A program made the translations under genes and the position numbers. A DNA stretch of 64,000 nucleotides from Lepidodermella squamata. Taxonomy: Eukaryota > Animalia > Gastrotricha. The stretch lies in contig JBLDXI010000042.1 of the NCBI GenBank assembly GCA_047495785.1, positions 4,154,001 to 4,218,000 on the forward strand, given 5' to 3'. The notes under the pieces are model-generated. The model was not told where the DNA came from and did not search any database. It worked only from the letters and a program-made list of their open reading frames with translations. Positions 60,953-64,000 of this stretch are shown here, one piece after another (position 1 is the stretch's first letter; each line of letters starts with the position of its first letter).

Positions 60953-61271
60953 TTAACCATGGGTGGAGACGCATCGAGTTTCCGTCGCTTCCCTCGTGCC
61001 GTAGGGGCAGGAGCCGCGTTGGGCTTCTTGCAAAACTTCCGCCGGTTCCTCGCGTCCAGAGCCGATCTTCTTGCAAACCGTAAACGTTTCCAGCTTTTGG
61101 CCCCTGCCGCATCTTGTGGGGGCGCGCTCGGCTTCTTGCAGAACTTCCGATTCAGTTTCAGCAGTGATGGCGATCACAAGGCAAGCCTGAAATGAAATGA
61201 ATAAATTTATGATATGGAACCAACTGATATGCTGAACTTACGATAACAGCGAATGCCAGGTAGGCTTTCAT
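60953..61271 (-). CDS. EAxR peptide precursor B, 87 aa, duplicate of A
   Basis: Exons 61271-61242 and 61186-60953. Signal MKAYLAFAVIACLVIAITA; pro and mature regions identical to A. Flanks also duplicated (about 54585-55560 versus 60700-61712). Confidence 0.88.
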
Positions 61272-61699
61272 TGCGAATTTCAACTATTAGGACTGAACAA
61301 AAGTGTTTTAAAGATGAGAAAACTGCAGAATGACACAGGGTCGCTCTGCCCATACGATGAGCAGTTCGCTACACCTGCTCAAACATATTTCTGTGCCAAG
61401 TCGCCCGGGTGCTTACTAAAGTGGCATGCCAAGGGCAAGGCCTCATAGAGAAAAATAACAGCTGAAAAATTGAAATTGAAAGTGAGAGGAGGCTTTTCGC
61501 ATACCAATACTAGTATGATAATATGATAATAAAAATAAAACGTCACTTACCAAATGTACTGAAGTAAAAGGAAAAAAATATGTGAAGCAACTTCTGGGCG
61601 AAAATTTATTTCGCTAATTAAGAGTGATCACTTTTCATATACATAGTTTTCTATGAGTTATGGATTGATAGTTTTCTATGAGTTTTGGGTTGATTTTGT

Positions 61700-61953
61700 T
61701 AATTGTTGTTTATACGTTTTCTTGGTCTTTTCACCATTGTTTTTCGCGCCCTATATTTTTGAAGGTCGAGTTTTTACGGCTGCTAGCTAGACAGGACGCC
61801 TTATAAACTCCCAATGCTTTTGCATGGGCCGATTTTCTACGGTCAGTTGGCGATCTGAAAAGAAAGAATTCATTAAATGAAAGTGCTTACTGAGAGTCGA
61901 ACCCGCATCCTTGCGTTGGACTGCTGCGATCTATCCAACAAGACCATGGCCGC
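61700..61953 (-). mobile_element. tRNA-derived SINE-like head
   Basis: Minus strand GCGGCCATGGTCTTGTTGGATAG...GGGTTCGACTCT shows A and B boxes and starts like the 19303 element. The 3' extent is uncertain. Confidence 0.5.
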
Positions 61954-62420
61954 AGCCATAATACACACACTATGTTGCATTGACCAACAAATTTTGCAAA
62001 ATGAAATGAAGAACCAAATGAGCTTCAAAATTCGCGAGCAGCATCAGGTGTTGTTTTTCAACCTGATGTTATCCTGCTAACAGAATTTTGGCCACAATTG
62101 TTAATTTTGGCCACCTGATACTCAGCAAACATTTTTAAATCGTCAAGCGATAAACTTCTGGTGTTGTATACGAATTTTATGCATCCTCGCTCTCTGCAAT
62201 AGCCGCTCGTGCCCTGACTCGGCCTGACTGGCGCCTCGTCAGATAAAATTCAGCTCGAGCGGCTGTCGCCGAGAGCTTGTATGATAACATACTCTTACTT
62301 CACAGCAGCCAGTGAATGGCTTGCACTGCGACTTGATTGGACAACTTGGCCATTTTAGCCACTGGCTACCAGTCACCAAGCGAGGAGCTGGATCTTTCCT
62401 TTTTATAAACCACTTTAGAA

Positions 62421-63120
62421 GCACATTTTCAGGCCCGCCTTCGTTACGGCTCTGCGCGCGCTCCTATTGGTCAGCTCATTTTAAACTGAAATCAAAGGGC
62501 AATCTATGAATTTCACGTCGGCTTTTACATCAAAATGAAGTAAATTGAATTCTCTATCGATTGAATATAGATTTGTTACGATTGAAATTTGATAATTAAA
62601 CATTGTACGTGCACAATTTTTACTTAGTGGTGCGCTCGTGTGAGGTCACCCGCCCTTATTTTTCGGTGCACGTGAAACTTGTTCCCTTTCAATTTTTTGA
62701 GCGGGAACCCTATATTCAATCGATAGAGGATTGAATTCTCTTTATTTTGGCATAAAAACCGACACAAAAAGTTACTCTTTGACAACTGCGCGCGCGGTAA
62801 AATTAGCGATAAATAACAGTGCGCCCGACTTGGGCGAGTGAGCGTGCCTTGTAAATATGTCATAAAGTTAGCCATGTTTGCTTATTTTTCGTACCTACCC
62901 TGCAAATTTTATATCGATAGATAAAGATTTTTTCGGTTAAAATTCTGTTTTATAAATCTGATAAAATATATGCGAAATGCGCGACTTTTTTGGGTTGAAA
63001 TTGATTCAGCCGTGCACGCACGCGTTTACGGCGCGCGTGTGTTGCGTAACAGTGTGCGCGAAATGGCCGGCCAATAGGAGCGCGCGCAGAGCCGTAACGT
63101 AGGCGGGCCTGATAATGTGC
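62421..63120. mobile_element. 700-bp Mutator-type MITE
   Basis: TIR GCACATTTTCAGGCCCGCCTTCGTTACGGCTCTGCGCGCGCTCCTATTGG is mirrored at 63071-63120. 9-bp TSD ACTTTAGAA at 62412-62420 and 63121-63129. Confidence 0.92.
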
Positions 63121-63772
63121 ACTTTAGAAAACACTTAGAAAACACGTGTTTCAAAGTACAATTCCCGAATTTCGTAGCCCGAATTCGCCCAAATCGAGCG
63201 AGTATCCAGTTTAGGTTCAGAAGCGAAGCTTTTAAGCAGACTTAGGAATGAGGCCGATTTGAGCGTCATTTCGGAAAGCGGAAAGAATTGATGATAAGCC
63301 ATGGAAATTCGGTGGCTGGCCGTGGTAAGCCGTGGAAAGCGAAGAAAAACGCGCGGTTTCAATGGAAAGTCGTGCAATTGTGTGCGCGAGCGGTTGCGCA
63401 ACCAAAACGCGGCTAAAAGCCGTGGAGTGCGCGAATGAGTGCGTGGAATTAATTGTGTGCGCAATAACCTCGGGCAGGAGAAAGGAGAAATTTCTATAAC
63501 GACGTTTTCCGCGTCGTTTTAAATACAATGGCGCACTGAGAACAATAGCGGGTCATTGTAGTGTTTTACGTATCATTTTATTTCCGTTTCCGCCCATTCC
63601 TTGATATCCCAAAATATATTACGAATTAAACAACACTTTCATCGAATGCGCCTCTTTATTTCGAATCTAACAGTATAAATTTGTTATCCGATTTCAGATT
63701 TTTTCAATACAATATATCCCTATTTTCAGAAAAAAACTGGCCGCTTACAAATGCTCAACTTGAAACAGTAAA

Positions 63773-64000
63773 TTAATCGGCGGTGTGAAGGCGATTATTG
63801 TGGCGCGCCCGGTCGGCGTCGCTCAAAAACGAGTAGCTGGGGCAAATTTTGCAGCGACCAAATTGAGGAGGACGAGAATTGAGGAGCTCGATTGGCGCCC
63901 GCCGAGCCGCCTTTTCGCGCAGCTGCTCGAATTTCTGGTAGTGGCCGGGTCGCGCCGGGTCGTGCTCCGGATCAGGCAAGCCTTGACTGACCAGGTATTG
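63773..64000 (-). CDS. C-terminal fragment of a gene running off the window, with a zinc-finger-like end; possibly a DNA transposase
   Basis: GHYQKF...CKICPSYSFLSDADRARHNNRLH (CxxC...H...H); only the last 75 codons are visible. Confidence 0.4.
   Translation of the reverse strand, partial: QYLVSQGLPDPEHDPARPGHYQKFEQLREKAARRAPIELLNSRPPQFGRCKICPSYSFLSDADRARHNNRLHTAD

Overview
Gene-dense eukaryotic DNA from an invertebrate animal with short (about 50-60 nt) GT-AG introns. The temptin-monooxygenase and AChBP-like genes hint at a spiralian, but the taxon cannot be fixed from sequence alone. No rRNA, CRISPR or prokaryotic features were seen. Gene models were spliced by eye. Conserved-family genes: intron-containing histone H4, a two-domain Ly6/uPAR-like membrane protein, two near-identical soluble acetylcholine-binding-protein-like genes, a DEG/ENaC channel, an MFS transporter, an ankyrin-repeat protein, a short collagen IV, a divergent ETS factor, EOGT, a C-type lectin/WSC receptor, a class C GPCR, an SLC5 symporter and a temptin-domain copper monooxygenase. 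Mobile DNA: an intact Mutator transposon inserted at a DEG/ENaC splice acceptor, several MITEs, two tRNA-derived SINE heads and a LINE tail. The main candidate novel system is a five-gene family of small secreted precursors, mostly mis-called by the ORF track. Their layout is signal peptide, acidic pro-region ending in E-A-x-R, then one or two short two-cysteine peptides, with all four intact copies ending in Gly-stop. They share a core promoter, and three of them bracket the secreted PHM/DBH-family monooxygenase.
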